Origin: Octopus sinensis
Taxonomy: Eukaryota
DNA: 64,000 nt
Assembly: GCF_006345805.1 (NCBI RefSeq)
Contig: NC_042999.1
Span: forward strand, 107,880,001-107,944,000
Reading direction: 5' to 3'
The position numbers and the translations under genes are program-made. Positions 12,151 to 24,529 of this stretch are shown one piece after another (position 1 is the first letter of the stretch; each line of letters starts with the position of its first letter). The notes under the pieces are model-generated. The model was not told where the DNA came from, searched no databases, and saw nothing but the letters and a program-made list of their open reading frames with translations.

Positions 12151-12195
12151 TAAAGGATAAAAAGTAAAGTCAACCTCAGTGGAATTTGAACTCAT
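10642..12195 (-). CDS. Reverse transcriptase (LINE ORF2 C-terminal part, CR1 clade); first ~15 codons come from the flanking SINE
   Basis: Uninterrupted 517-aa ORF with GPDGIHPR, YRPVSLTS, LDFAKAFDSV, GVPQGSVLGPLLF, FADD, DLGI, LERVQKLATR, RRRRGDLI and WNKLP motifs; endonuclease domain absent. Confidence 0.93.
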   Translation of the reverse strand: MSSNSTEVDFTFYPLSLVITRDEVKRVIQGLDVNKGHGPDGIHPRVIKALAPVICEPLTQLFNMSLATGVIPADWRTAIICPIFKKGSHEDPLNYRPVSLTSIISKMFETILKKSMMLHLLNTASISDSQHSFVPKRSCLTNLLVMEELVTRILDDSDAVDIVLLDFAKAFDSVNHRLLLVKLQAYSFHPDIVRWVGAFLSDRSFQVQVNGSRSDVSSASSGVPQGSVLGPLLFLVFINDLPDDLMQHTLLFADDIKLVTPRGNIEDLRRCLHQIWKWSNDWDLCLNVSKCCHLPVGSTPATQLDFEPGRLLLERTDQVKDLGILVDSSFLPSAQCVHAANKARGILFLIRRSFGMLTAAIFLPLYVTLVRPILESGIQASSPYLLKDIQHLERVQKLATRMVHGLKNLSYEERLRTLDLYSLEKRRRRGDLILAHNIISGKCNLSKELFFTPAPKRRLRGHSEKLYLRRFHLNRRRGAFSVRVADPWNKLPDEMVKMPTTALFKASLDLKWPELFT

Positions 12196-14099
12196 AACAT
12201 AAACACAGACGAAATACAGCTAAGTATTTCGCCCAGTGTGCTAGCGTTTCTGCCTTTAAATATATAATAATGGGAAAGATAGCAACAGCACATTTAAATT
12301 TCATGCGTGCACTCACATGTACAGTATTTAGCCAATAGGAAACTTTAACATTGTGGTTTCACCTACATGAAATGACAGTCAAATCTTGCTCATATTACAT
12401 CATGCTATCTTATAAAAAAATGTCATATTAGATAATATATTCTTACACTATGTAGAAAAAGAAAAAGCCTCTGTGATAGTCATGGCTGGATTGTATTTGA
12501 GCCAACAACAACATTTAACCAAAGTAAAGAATTCATGACATAATATTACAATATCACAGTAGTGTATTGTGTTCATATTTAAAATTTCACTATTTCTGCT
12601 ACAAGTTACAAACCATTCATATTGATATTAGCATTAAACCAAGGATTAGAATAACACATTTGCTGCCTACACTGAGTGAACTGTGCCTTTCTGTTGTACT
12701 TATTTACAGTTAGAATCATTGACATTTATGTGCCTTTGTTTTGAGCATGGTAATGAACTATTGGCTATCACTCCACATTTCAAGCTACTGGTACACTTTT
12801 AGTTGGCTTGGCATTATACAGCACTCTTGCTGCCTATATTAATGAACCATGCCTCTCTATAGTACCTGTTAAGAGTTAGGATCATTGATTATCATGTGAC
12901 TTAGCTTTGAACAGAGTTCAGAGCCAATAATTGCATAACTAACAACATTGATTAATAATAAATAGGATGAAATGATTTGTTTTAGACTGAAATGTTTTAT
13001 TATTTATTAATCTTGATCTCTTTTTATTTCTGATTTGAATTTTGAATTGTGATGTGACATCAGAGCAAATGTGATAGAAGTTGCCAGCTGCTATTTCCTC
13101 CAACCCCTTGCTGTTTTTTTTCTTTCTTTTTTAGTAGTCTGGCTTGAGTTTCAAAATTTGCTGAAACAGCTTATTTAACATGTCGTTCTTTCTCTGAATG
13201 TTTCTTTTTATATAATATTTATGAATGGTTTGCTATTAATACTGCTTTGAATATTTTGTTTGTATTTACATAGTTGGCTTGGCATTATGAGAAGTGGTTG
13301 TAAAGTTTTTAGCTGAGCATTCATAGATTATATTTGAAAGAAAATGGATTATGCTTGGCCACACTTGCAGGAAAATACTGTTACATATTAGTAGCTTACA
13401 TTAAAGCAACCAATTCAACAGTAACATATTTAGACTCTGATAAAATTTTATTAGCATACTTGTATGTTGGCAGGCATATTCACATTCATTTACTTGTGTT
13501 AGTGAGCTCATATTGTTTTCTTACCATATCTGTATTTAAATTTTCAATAATTGATATTGTTATCTGTATACATTTAATAATGGACTACCATGAATCACAC
13601 AAGTTCCTCCATATCTGTATGTATAAATTGTATTTCTATATGTATGTTTATTTATACATAAATAAGAAACCTGCAGTAACTTGCATTATTATGCATGAGT
13701 TCAAATATATACCGAAAATCTCATCTGTGATATTATATGCACTGGCAGTTTCTTATCACTCTCTATAGAGACAATCATATAATTATTCATGTGCACACTT
13801 AAGTACATTATATGCATAAGTCCAGGATTCATGGTGATTATGATTTCAAATGCCAGACTACTGGTCGTTGCTATGGCCAGGTTATTGTGAATATCTAGGC
13901 AGGACAGTGTTCTGTTTAGTTTAGTCTGCCTGATTTCAGAACTTCACACTTGAGTGTTTAGCTATTTAAAGGGCACCTAACTATGAAACTTTTTATTTGA
14001 CTGTATGAAAATATCCGCGTTTTTAATACCGTTGCATCTATGGACACACATATTGCAGCACATGTCTGTTGAAAACAGATCACTATGTAGTAACATCCT

Positions 14100-14420
14100 C
14101 CTCCTCATCATCACCACCACCATCATCATCATCATCATCCATTCATTTTGCATGCTGAGATACTTTAGATGAAACATTACTGAGGCAAATTTTTTTGATA
14201 GCCAGATGTCCTTTCAGTTACATGTCTTGGAACCTACTGGATCTTGTCAAACTATCCAAGCTGTGATGGAATTGAACAAGGACATAAAATGATATTTACA
14301 TATATAAATGATATACACATGTGCATATGCCTACACACACACACACATGCACATACACATGTACATATATATATATATATACACACACATACACAATATA
14401 TATATGAATAAAACAGTTAC
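14100..14420. repeat. (CAT)n tail of a C-related fragment plus (CA)/(TA) microsatellite
   Basis: Directly visible short tandem repeats. Confidence 0.7.
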
Positions 14421-16364
14421 ATCTCTCAGGACACTGCTTATGTTTTACAAGCACTCGACATTTTCTGTCTGCTATAAAACATGTCATATTGTTATGTGCA
14501 TACGTTTAGTGAAATTGTTTCTAGTCTTTCATTTCTAATATGATTAAAGAGTAACCACATATTTATCATTATTGAATCTGATAATTATATTAATGTAGCA
14601 ATATGTTTTAGACATAGTTATTAATTCTCATTGCTTGGGTCTTTGCCGTTCTTTGTTCTGTTGTTTCGTGATTATCAATTTATTTTATTACTGCAAATAT
14701 TTTTCCTGATTCAACATATATCTAACTTCATTTTCCTGTAAGCACTTTTAATTAAAAAGGGAATATTTGGAAGAAGTACTAAAAGTGATCAATTATAGTT
14801 TTGATTTGTGTAATTTTTCATGTGTAAAAGGTAGTTCAATGAATTAATAGTATTGCCATCTAAATTTTGACAATAGTAAATCTGGTTTTCATGTTATTGA
14901 TTTAGTAATATAGGAAGGGAGGAGGTGATATCTTTTTATCATTATTAATTAACCCTGTTAATAGCTAGATGAGAAAATAATAATAATGATGACGATGATA
15001 CCAAGCTGTCTATATGATATAAAACCTCCCATTTTAATGTACTCATATTCAAACCATAACTTCATCAGAATTTTATTTAAGAAAACATTGTTTCAAACAC
15101 TACTTTAATAATGGTAAAATTTAATTTATTGTTATTAAACAAGTCTTAAAGTCTTCAGAGTTCTTGATTATTCAGCAAATGTATTACATTGGAAATACAT
15201 TTAAGGGTTAACACAAAAATGTTGAATTATGACTAGTTTTTAGTTATAATTTTTGAATTTTCATATGATATCTTATTGCAATAAATATTTTCACTGATCG
15301 AACAAACAATAACAACTTCAGGTTCAGTCTGTAATTCACATTGAAAATATTCGGTTAAAGAGATGGAAGTAACCAGCTTACTGTGCACTTAAGACGTGCT
15401 CTAGGGTCTTTATCATTGCTACAATTAATCTTGTGATATTTATTCTATTGACTTTATAGTGATACATTGCTAATTCAGTCTTGGGAAGGTTTCTAAATCT
15501 GAAATGGAAACCTCAGAGACACTTATCGTTTATCTAATCCCGTCTGCATTAGAAACAGGAAACTTCAAAAGATAAAAACTGAGAGATCAGGTGAAAAGTA
15601 AGTGAGAAGGCAAATTTTAAGATAGTGTTTGTTTGCATTTATATTTTGTTCATTGGTTTTTAGAAAAAGGTGTTGTGCTTTATTTGAAGCTAGTTTCAGT
15701 TTGCAGTTTATTTCAGTAATACGTCTTCTCTGACTGGAATACTACTGTTATTGAGTTTGTCAATGAGTGGATGTGAACCTACCTTTGAAAGCCTAATAAA
15801 ACACTTGTAAGTTATACAGTGGTTTGACTACTTACAGCAATAAAATTTACTTCCTTCAGGTACCTCGTTGTAACTAGGTGGACTGCTCAGTTGAAACTTA
15901 CATTTTTTTTTTTTTTTTTGTCAAATTCTCAGGTCAGCTAAGCTGAAAGGGTTAACCTGGTTTGGTTCATGCACCAGATACACTTTGTCAACAGCAGTGT
16001 TTGTACATTACAATTAAGATATGATAGATGGTGTTTAAAACTCTAGAAGAAATGCTATTTTTTAAAAATAAAACTGTTGTAGGAAAGTACATAGCAAAAT
16101 ATAATCCACTGCATTTTGCATTTTGCTTCATATTGTAAAATGTATGTAATATAACTACATGTTTATAGTCTGGTAGGCAGAGAAATAGATAAATTTCCTA
16201 TGAAGTTAATGTTGGTGAAGAATTAATTTTCAAGTCAGAATACTGAACTCAAAACTAAGCTTGATCCTTCCTTTATATGTAAATCCTTTTTGGGAATTTG
16301 TAATGTCTTATTCCAAGGTGTTTCTATTTCTTGGTTCTCTTTCAATGAAATGAGTTCCTGTAAT

Positions 16365-16895
16365 CATCATCATTATCATTGTTTAATGTCCGCTTTCCAT
16401 GCTAGCATGGGTTGGATGATTTGACTGGGGGCTGGCGAACCAGATGGCTGCACCAGGCTCCAATCTTAATCTGGCAGAGTTTCTACAGCTGGATGCCCTT
16501 CCTAACGCCAACCACTCTGAGAGTACGTGCTACCGGCATGGGGGCCAGTTAGGCAGTACTGGCAATGACCTCATTCAAATCTTTTTAGGCATGCCACCAG
16601 CACAGGTGCCAGTAAGGTGACACTGGTAACGATCACGTTCGAATGGTGCCTATTACGTGCCACCAGCACAGAAGCCAGTTAGCCGCTCTGGCAACGATCA
16701 TGCTCGGATGGTGCTCTTAGCACCCTACTAGCATGGGGCACAAGTGCCTGTAAGGCGATGCTGGTAACTATCACAATCGAATGGTGCCCTTTTATGTGCC
16801 ATTGGCACGGAAGCTGGTTTGCTGCTCTGTCAATGATCACACTCGTATAGTGCTCTTTGCACCCCGCTAGCACGGATGCCAGTCATCCAAATGAT
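16365..16895 (-). mobile_element. SINE family C body and tail (internal ~65-bp tandem units, (GAT)n tail), 5'-truncated
   Basis: Palindrome ccatgctagcatgg at 16397-16410; units recur at about 16524, 16654, 16793 with alternating variants; matches 19790-20320 and 54405-54765. Confidence 0.85.
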
Positions 16896-18684
16896 TAAAA
16901 CTGAACATGAGTTAAATCAAGGTTTTAGTACTTGGTTGGAATTTTTTTTTTTTTGTAGTCCAACAGGTACAGGAAGTGGCCATGTTGAATATAAAAGAAA
17001 CAGATTCAATATTAATTAAATGGCTGTTTTTTTTTTATCTTTTAGTCAGGATGGAATGAAATTCTCATTGCCATTCACAGGGCCTCCCAAATTTATAGGA
17101 ACGAGGAAAGAGAGTGTCTTCAAGCCAGAAACTTGGTTTGAAAACTTGCAACATAGAAGACTCTGCTAAAGTCAACCAAGATGCCAAGAGATGGTGTGAA
17201 ACTAAGTGATGGATTTAGTCTACCACTCAACTAGATCATGGCACAATTTGAACTCAGAACACAAAGGGCCAATGCAAACACCACAAGGCATCTAGTCCAA
17301 CATTCCTACAATACTACTAATCCCCCACTCAGGAATGGTACCATTTTATCAATCCTTGGAAGGATAGAAGGCTAAATTGACCATAGCAAGATTTTTAACT
17401 CAGTGCAGTACAGTATGAGGCTATAGAGGAATTAATAATTAGTTGAATTTTATTTTGAAATAAAGACTCAGATAATATTCAATTTTGTATTGGAATGAAC
17501 GTTGTGGTTATACATAAAATCAACCAAATTCACATTGATTATGACTAACAACTGGCTTCCGATGACCAGACTATTCATTGATAACCTGTGAAAAAGTAAT
17601 TATCTAGGTGTTATAATCAGACCTAAGTTATGCAGCAGACAGTGCTTGGTGGCTGATAAATGGTTGGTAACTTAACTCTTAGGATGACAAAAAATTCTCT
17701 GTAGACCTAAAGTTTAATAGGGCAGTTCAATATTTCTTGCCATTCTAGATGAATGAGTTAAGTTTGATTACTTAGGTACATTACATTAAATTTGAAATGT
17801 ATAGACTGAGAAATTGATGAGCCAAGAAAGGAGGGGATATATATGAGAAGTAACAGAGAAAGCGTTGAGAGGCAGGCAATTAATGTTGACTGAATCTCAT
17901 GAAAATTTCAGCTGTAATCTGCTGATAAAATTTATCTTGCTAGTATTGCTAGGATGTGTTGTGTCTGTACCATCCTGAGTAAATTTACTCTTATAAACTT
18001 ATTCTCCTATATCAATTTTGTTAGTAGTTCCAACATTACAAATCATTATATGATTTGCATAACATTTACTGCCAGTTTGTATAATGTCATTTTAATTCAG
18101 CTTGTTATTTTATTCACAAAATGGAGATGTGTGTGTGGGGGGGATGTTTATGTTGTCACACTATCTGCTAGAAATAGCAGCCAAATCTTCAAACCATCTG
18201 ACTACCACTTTGATATAAATACATACGATGACAGGATAGTACAGCTAAAATTCTTTTGGTCATAGGTCTGCTGTATCAGTGTTAAATAACAACAACAATT
18301 TTTATTTTATTTTCTAAATATATTGCTTGCTATAATGTATAGTTAATTTTTATGTGTCCTTTCTAAATTAAGATACTAGGTTGTTAGAGATATGTTTTTT
18401 TTTTCTTTTTGTTTTCTTTATCAATGTCACCAAAAATCTTTACTTACAGCAGACATAGTGTTATTTATCAAGGTCTGATATGCTGTAGTGTGACATTTCG
18501 TTTATTCGACTGCTTCTAAAGTATATAGCATTTTCTTTTTGTCATTTGCAGTATTATACATGCTTGTTGGAAACCCCAGAATCTAGCTAATTAAATTACC
18601 TTTCAACTTTGTTAAATATCAGATACTTTTGAGGAAATTTTTTAAAATTTACATTTTATGTATGTCTGTCTGTTTGTTTGTATC

Positions 18685-19093
18685 GGTGCAGGCATGGCTG
18701 TGTAGTAAAAAGCTTGCTTCCCAACCACATGGTTCCAGGTTCAGTCCCGCTGATATGGCACCTTGGGCAAGTGTCTTCTACTATAGTCTCAAGCCGACCA
18801 AAGCCTTGTGAGTAGATTTGGTAGACGGAGTCAGAAAGAAGCCTGTCGTATATACAACAGGCTATGTATGTATTTATGTGTGTGTGTCCATGTTTGCGCT
18901 TGTCCCCACCCCCACCATTGCTTGTTAACTGATGCTCATGTGTTTATGTCCCTGTAATTTAGTGGTTCAGCAAAGGAGGCCAATAGAATAAGTGCTAGGC
19001 TTACAAAGAATAAGTCCTGACTAAAATCCTTTAATGCGGTACTCCAGAATGGCCACAGTGAAATGACTGAAACAAGTAAAAGAATGAAAGAGT
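18685..19093 (+). mobile_element. SINE family A, full length
   Basis: ggcatggctgtgtagtaaaaagcttgcttcccaaccacatggttccaggttcagtccc head through gactgaaacaagtaaaagaat tail. Confidence 0.9.
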
Positions 19094-19489
19094 AAGAATG
19101 TACAGATGTTGACATGGTTATGTGATTCAGAATTTTGCTTCCCAAGTACATATTTTGTGACTCAGATCCACTGCATTGGGCAAGTGTTTTCTACTATAGC
19201 ATTTCAAGTGTTTTTCTATAGTTGTTGTAATTTTTGCCCCTATTTATAAGTGAAGCACAACCATTTAAAACAGCCTTTTCAGATCCATATATTCTATCTA
19301 TTTTATTTTGAAACCAGCCAGATCTGGACTCTAATGCCTACATTACAGTGTCATTCTAAAAATATACAATCACATCAAAATTTCATTCAAAGCTATGAGA
19401 TAATGCATGATTAATTCAAGACATTCTGAATAAATAAGCATTACATTTGATGGAGTAATCTGAATGCTAAAGTGTTAAATATGACAGAG

Positions 19490-20320
19490 GAGGAGCTGTT
19501 GGTTAAGAAGCTTGCTTTCCAAGCACATGATTTTGGGTTCAGGCCCCACTGTGTAGTACCCTGGGTAAGTGTCTCCTACAGTCTGAGGTTGATCAAAGCC
19601 TTGTGATTGGATTTGGGAGATGGAAACTGAAAGAAGCCTGTCAGATGTATGTGTGTATGTTTGTGTATATATGTATGTGCATTATGCACGCACCAGTCCA
19701 CTTATGTGTGCCTTTCCTTCATTGGACACTAAACTCTGCTTGCGAAGACCTGTTGAGGCAAGTGAAATTGAAATTGAAATCAAATTCGATGACTGGCATC
19801 CATGCTAGTGAAGCACTAAGAGTACCATATGAGTGAGATCATTGCCAGAGCAACAAGCTGCCCTCCATGCTAGTGGAACGCTAAGAGTACCATACTAGTG
19901 AGATTGTTGTCAGAGCAACAAGCTGGCCTCCATGCAGATGGCACATTAAAAACACCATTTGAGCGTGATCGTTACCTGTGTCGCCTTACTGGCACTTGTG
20001 CTGGTGACATGTGAAAAAAAAATTGAGCGAGGACATTGCCAGTGCCACTGGACTGGCTCCTGTGCAGGTGACACGTAAAAAGCACCATTTGAGCAAGGCC
20101 GTTGCCTGTACCGCCAGACTGGCCCTCATGCTAGTGGCATGTAAAAGCACCCACTACACTCTCGGAGTGGTTGGCGTTAGGAAAGGCATCCAGCTGTAGA
20201 AACTCTGCCAGATCAGATTGGAGTCTGGTGCAGCCATCTGGTTCGCTTGACCTCAGTCAAATCGTCCAACCCTTGCTAGCATGGAAAGTGGACGTTAAAT
20301 AATGATGATGATGATAATGT
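19490..20320 (+). mobile_element. Composite SINE: family A head joined to family C tandem body and tail
   Basis: A-type head and (TG)n at 19490-19700 run into C units and end gctagcatggaaagtggacgttaaataatgatgatgatga. Confidence 0.8.
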
Positions 20321-20326
20321 GTTTGT

Positions 20327-20545
20327 GTGGTGAGCTGGCAGAAACGTTAGCATGCCGGGTGAAATGCGTAGCTGTATTTCGTCTGCCATTACGTTCTGAG
20401 TTCAAATTCCGCCGAGGTCGACTTTGCCTTTCATCCTTTCGGGGTCGATAAATTAAGTACCAGTTATGCACTGGGGTTGATGTAATCGACTTAATCCCTT
20501 TGTCTCTCCTTGTTCGTTCCCTCTATGTGGGTAATAAAGAAACAG
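20327..20545 (+). mobile_element. SINE family B
   Basis: gagctggcagaaacgttagc...gagttcaaattccgccgaggtcgactttgcctttcatcc. Confidence 0.9.
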
Positions 20546-22539
20546 ATAATGTGTTTGCATCTCCTTGTTTTAACATTGTTTGATAGTTATACAAGCAGTG
20601 TCATTCGTTTCCAATGTTCTATGAAAACATGTCTGACCTTAAGAAAATATTTTGCTTGGAAACAGAAAGTTGGCAACATGAAGGGTGTCTAGTTGTGGAA
20701 GACCTGACTCAACACAGACCTATGCAAGCATGGAAAAATGGACGGCAAAACGATGATGATGATAATGAATATATTTTTTACAGTAGTATTCAAGTTGATT
20801 TTATTATAATGTCCATCATAGCTTATTCTACTACTCACTAACAGATATGAGTATGTATGTGTGAGATAAAATAGCAGTGGGTTAGATGAGGTATAATAAG
20901 TCAATATTTTATCTAAGTTCTGCTTATAGTGTAGTTTAAACAGAGCTAGATATAGCCCAAATATTAACCTTCTGATCATACTGGTAAACATCAGATCAAT
21001 AAGTAGAAAAGTTTTAACATTTTTAATGACTTTTAAGTCAGAAGTTTTTCTTTGTTGCTCATTGATTTCAACTGGATCTGTGGCAGTCTGTAACACTTTT
21101 GTCACAACAGTGTTTTTTTTTCCTCTTTCAGTAAAATCTCTTATATTTTGATATTTCCTACATTTTTATGTTAAATGATTGTGAACAAAAGATAGATAGA
21201 ATTTGTTTTTTCATTCAACATAACAAATCTATTACTGTTTTTAGAATATCACACTGCACAACCATTAAATTATTTGATTTGCTATTAGCTGCTATGAAAC
21301 CAATTTGCCAAAATCGTTTCAGTTAATTTCTCTTTATTGAACTTTGCTCTGGCTTCCTTTTTATGTACTTAATGGTATAAGTGCAGATAAAGTAGGGTGA
21401 AATTAGTATGGAACTTATTCAGAGATAGCTCGAGCTATTTAACTTGCTCTTGAAAAATGGACTACAGAGCAAGTTTTTGTTTATATACATGGCTCAGCAA
21501 AAAAAAAAAAACAAAAAAAAAAAAACAATCTTTTTAAATTGTAAGTTTTTCTATTCTTTGCTAATTGTTTTCTTATCTTTGTTATTTTTCTCAACTTGTG
21601 TGCTCAGAAATGCTTTTTATTTATCTACTCTAATACTTAAACAGGTTTTTGAAATTCAGTTTTACTAAGAGTATTTTTTCTCTACACAACATTAACACTA
21701 TCATCCTGTATGTTATTGCCTCTGTTTGATAAAGTTACCTATGATCAGTGCGACCAACAAATCTCAAACTGACACAGTACACAAAAGCATTTTCTTGTAT
21801 TATTACCTCCTTGTATTCTGTTTGAATATGGAATAAGTCACAAATCCAAAGAAGATTGACTATCAAATTTCCATAACATATCATGTTGCTCAGATATTAA
21901 CTTTATTCACTTAATGACTTAAACCAGTGATCTTGAACCATTTTTGATCTACAGCATACTGAATGAAGTTACTGAAAGTGTCATGGCACTCCTGTGGATT
22001 TTTAAACGCTTATTATTTAAAAAAATAAGTATTAAAATTGTTTTAAAACAGATTGGTGTATGCATTGCACTTGCTGCAAAGGAATGCACTGGTACAATGT
22101 ATTAAAAAATAACATACAACTTACACTAGTATAAATTTTGATAGAACTTACAAATTGTGCACAAAGACTGCAGCGATGAAGCAGTTAAAGAGTAAAGACT
22201 TTATAACAAGCTATGAATCTGATAACTGTGATAGTATTTTCTGTTCTATAAAAGAATATCATTTATATTATATTATGTATTGTAAATATAAAACATGTTT
22301 GCAAATTAATGTTTTCTATTTTCACTAAGTAAAAAAAAAAAATGATTTCTTTTTTGATTTATAGAAAAAAATGGTTTATAGAAAAAAAAGATTTATAGAA
22401 AGTGATTGATTTAAAAATATAAGAATGAAAAAATATTCTTTGTTTTCTATTCACATTAAGTATAAAGTGTGTAAGACAAGTGATAAATTTGAACAAATGA
22501 ATAGTCTTTACCAGCAATATTTCTACGACATTTGTAATT

Positions 22540-23440
22540 GTTTGTGTGTCATGATGCTTCTTGTCCTTGGTTGGATTGTCAATAAGGCTCGCTCTCAGAG
22601 TCCTTCCCCAGTGTTTGAAGCCATGACCTTCACTTGTTCTTAATCAGAGAAACTGTTGCACAAAACTAGGAAGTTGAGAAAGGAAATAGTGCATCAACTG
22701 CTGTCAATGTAACAATGGGGTGTTCCTATTGGGAAAAACAACCACAATGAAGTTGTGCCTGTTAAGTACTGCAGTTTCAATACTCTGTTATTTCCTGTCA
22801 ATTCATCTTCTGACTCATACACATTTAACATAAGTAGATCACTTAACTCAATCCAAAGGAGATGTATCAAGTGATGGAAAATACTTTGCAATAGCTTTTT
22901 TTTAGTTATATCAGTTGACTTATCCATCTGAATGGCAAAAACACTGGATTCTTTAATGTTATCTATCACTTTTCTGTCTTTGGTACATATTTTTTATGCA
23001 TCTACTAAAAATGTTATCTATTATAGAGAAGGTAAAGAACTGCTTTCTCATATTCTTTGCCAAACACAGTAATTGTGTTTTCACAATATGTTGGTATAAT
23101 TATTGTTTCAGTAACTGTGTAATTTTAACTATTTTTTTTACACGATTATTGTTGTGGAATAACTTGTTTCTTGAACTGTTTCCAAAATAGTTATGGTCTT
23201 GATTAATTGCTTAGTTTTTGTGTTTGATCAGTCATTAGCTTTCTAAAATACTTCATAAGTTTCTTGCATAAACAAGAATGCTTTATACGAAAGTGTCTTC
23301 CTGGCTTATTTGGAATCATCGCATAATTTGCTACTTTCTCACTGCAAGTAATGCACATATGATGTGACTGCACTGATACTGAAATAAATCTGAAGGACAA
23401 ATAGTTTTTAATATACTGGCACACAACACTTTTCATAACC
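22540..23440 (-). pseudogene. Degenerate hAT transposase (ZBED5/Buster-like)
   Basis: BED finger YLSFRFIS...CITCSEKVANYAMIPNKPGRHFRIKH; FAIQMDKSTDIT (FAIQLDESTD-type); C-terminal YFPSLD and LFPFSTS fragments; stops, frameshifts and a large internal deletion. Confidence 0.85.
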
Positions 23441-23521
23441 TACACCAAAAGTGTTAAGTGTATTACAACCAGTATTAGAACCATTTATGCTTGATTCATT
23501 GTCATTGTAGTGACACTATTT

Positions 23522-23665
23522 TGGAAGTTTTCAGTGCGTATGCGCAGAGTTGGATTACTTCCGGTAGGCCGCCAGAAGTTCCCTCATGCACGTGTGCAGA
23601 GAACTGCCAACAGAAAGTTTTCCTGCTAGATCTGTCTTTCGGAAGCTGCAGCTGAATCGAGTGGA
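23522..23665. promoter_or_regulatory. CpG-retaining motif cluster (NRF1-like, ETS-like, E-box), candidate transposase promoter
   Basis: tgcgtatgcgca 23535-23546, acttccgg 23557-23564, tgcacgtgtgca 23587-23598; seven CpGs in about 130 bp. Function is inferred. Confidence 0.35.
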
Positions 23666-23696
23666 CACAATTCAAGGTTATCTCTGAGATTTTTAA

Positions 23697-24529
23697 CTAG
23701 AAATCTGTCCATGTCAAAGTTCTGTAAATAAGCGAAAATAAGTGAAGCTAAATTCAGAAATGACAACAGCAAACAATGTACTCATTCTTGCTTTCTTTGT
23801 TAATGGTTGTCATCAGTGTTGATAATGATTTTTTAAAAAAAGATTAAAAAAATAAATAAATACTCAAACCTCTGCATATAAATATAATTTTTTCAGAATT
23901 AAGTATCTAGATGATGAAAAGAAAATTAAGAAAGCTTTAATATTCAAAACTCCAGAGTACACAATGTTGGTATGATTTCTTTTCCCAACACTGTCACAAT
24001 ACCTGCATCACCCTGCGTAATTCTTGACAGGCCTATGTATAATGTCCATGTGCAAATGTATCGGTTGGGAAGAACAGACCTATTTTACTCACTGATTGAC
24101 ATTGAGATATATTGACTGTCATTGCAGAAGCCACTCTAACTGGAAGCTGCAAGCATGTAACAGTGAATAGCAGAGTAATGTCAGAAGGTCTCAGTTTAAT
24201 TCTCAGCACAATGACATGTTTTCTATAATGTTCACCTTCTGTAACAATGTCGCCTTCAATCAGGCATTCATATAAATGGGTTATTGGAATTCTTGTTCTA
24301 CTGCAAAGCCCATTAACCATATTTAAATTTTGCTACGGCATTACAACATATTTCCCTTTTCAATTGCTTTCATTCACATTGAGTTACTTGAATTGCCTCT
24401 TCATTGTCTTCTCCATTTTTATTTTCTTTCCAATGTTTCTATTTTATTTTTGTTGATAGTGCCTTTCCCTTTTCTGCTTTTTTTCCTCTTTCCAATGATC
24501 CTTCGTTATCCGTAATGTATATGTATAGA
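23697..24529 (-). mobile_element. Internally deleted Helitron nested in the hAT fossil
   Basis: Minus strand starts TCTATACATATA and ends CTAG|T after a decayed hairpin; contains helicase C-terminal coding remnant. Confidence 0.65.
23940..24330 (-). pseudogene. Helitron PIF1-like helicase C-terminal fragment
   Basis: NGLCSRTR...LRIKLRPSD...QLPVRVASAMTVNISQCQS...FAHG, then LYIGLSR and TNIVY in shifted frames. Confidence 0.88.

Larger units (their letters stand above)
10485..12256 (-). mobile_element. SINE family B copy split by the CR1 LINE (halves 10485-10560 and about 12150-12256)
   Basis: Left half ends actggtactt; right half resumes aaaggataaaaagtaaagtcaacctcagtggaatttgaactc. Confidence 0.85.

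Noticed and set aside
12710-12749. Candidate 40-nt exon (LESLTFMCLCFEH)
   Set aside because: Plausible splice signals but no homology recognised; such pairs are expected by chance in 64 kb.
13334-13768. 144-aa ORF in non-repetitive AT-rich DNA
   Set aside because: Long for this composition, but it starts at TTG, is rich in I/Y/L/H as AT-rich noise is, and has no recognisable motif or convincing splice sites. A BLASTP or RNA-seq check would settle it.
17046-17141. SGWNEILIA after a strong acceptor, recalling RXR AGWNELLIA
   Set aside because: Similarity stops after nine residues, and the frame hits a stop without a good donor.
17552-17610. CCGATGA...GAAA as another hammerhead (also CTGATGA/CTGAAGA hits near 5910, 15065, 23815, 35235, 49225, 63805)
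   Set aside because: No adequate stem I, II or III pairing around the core words.
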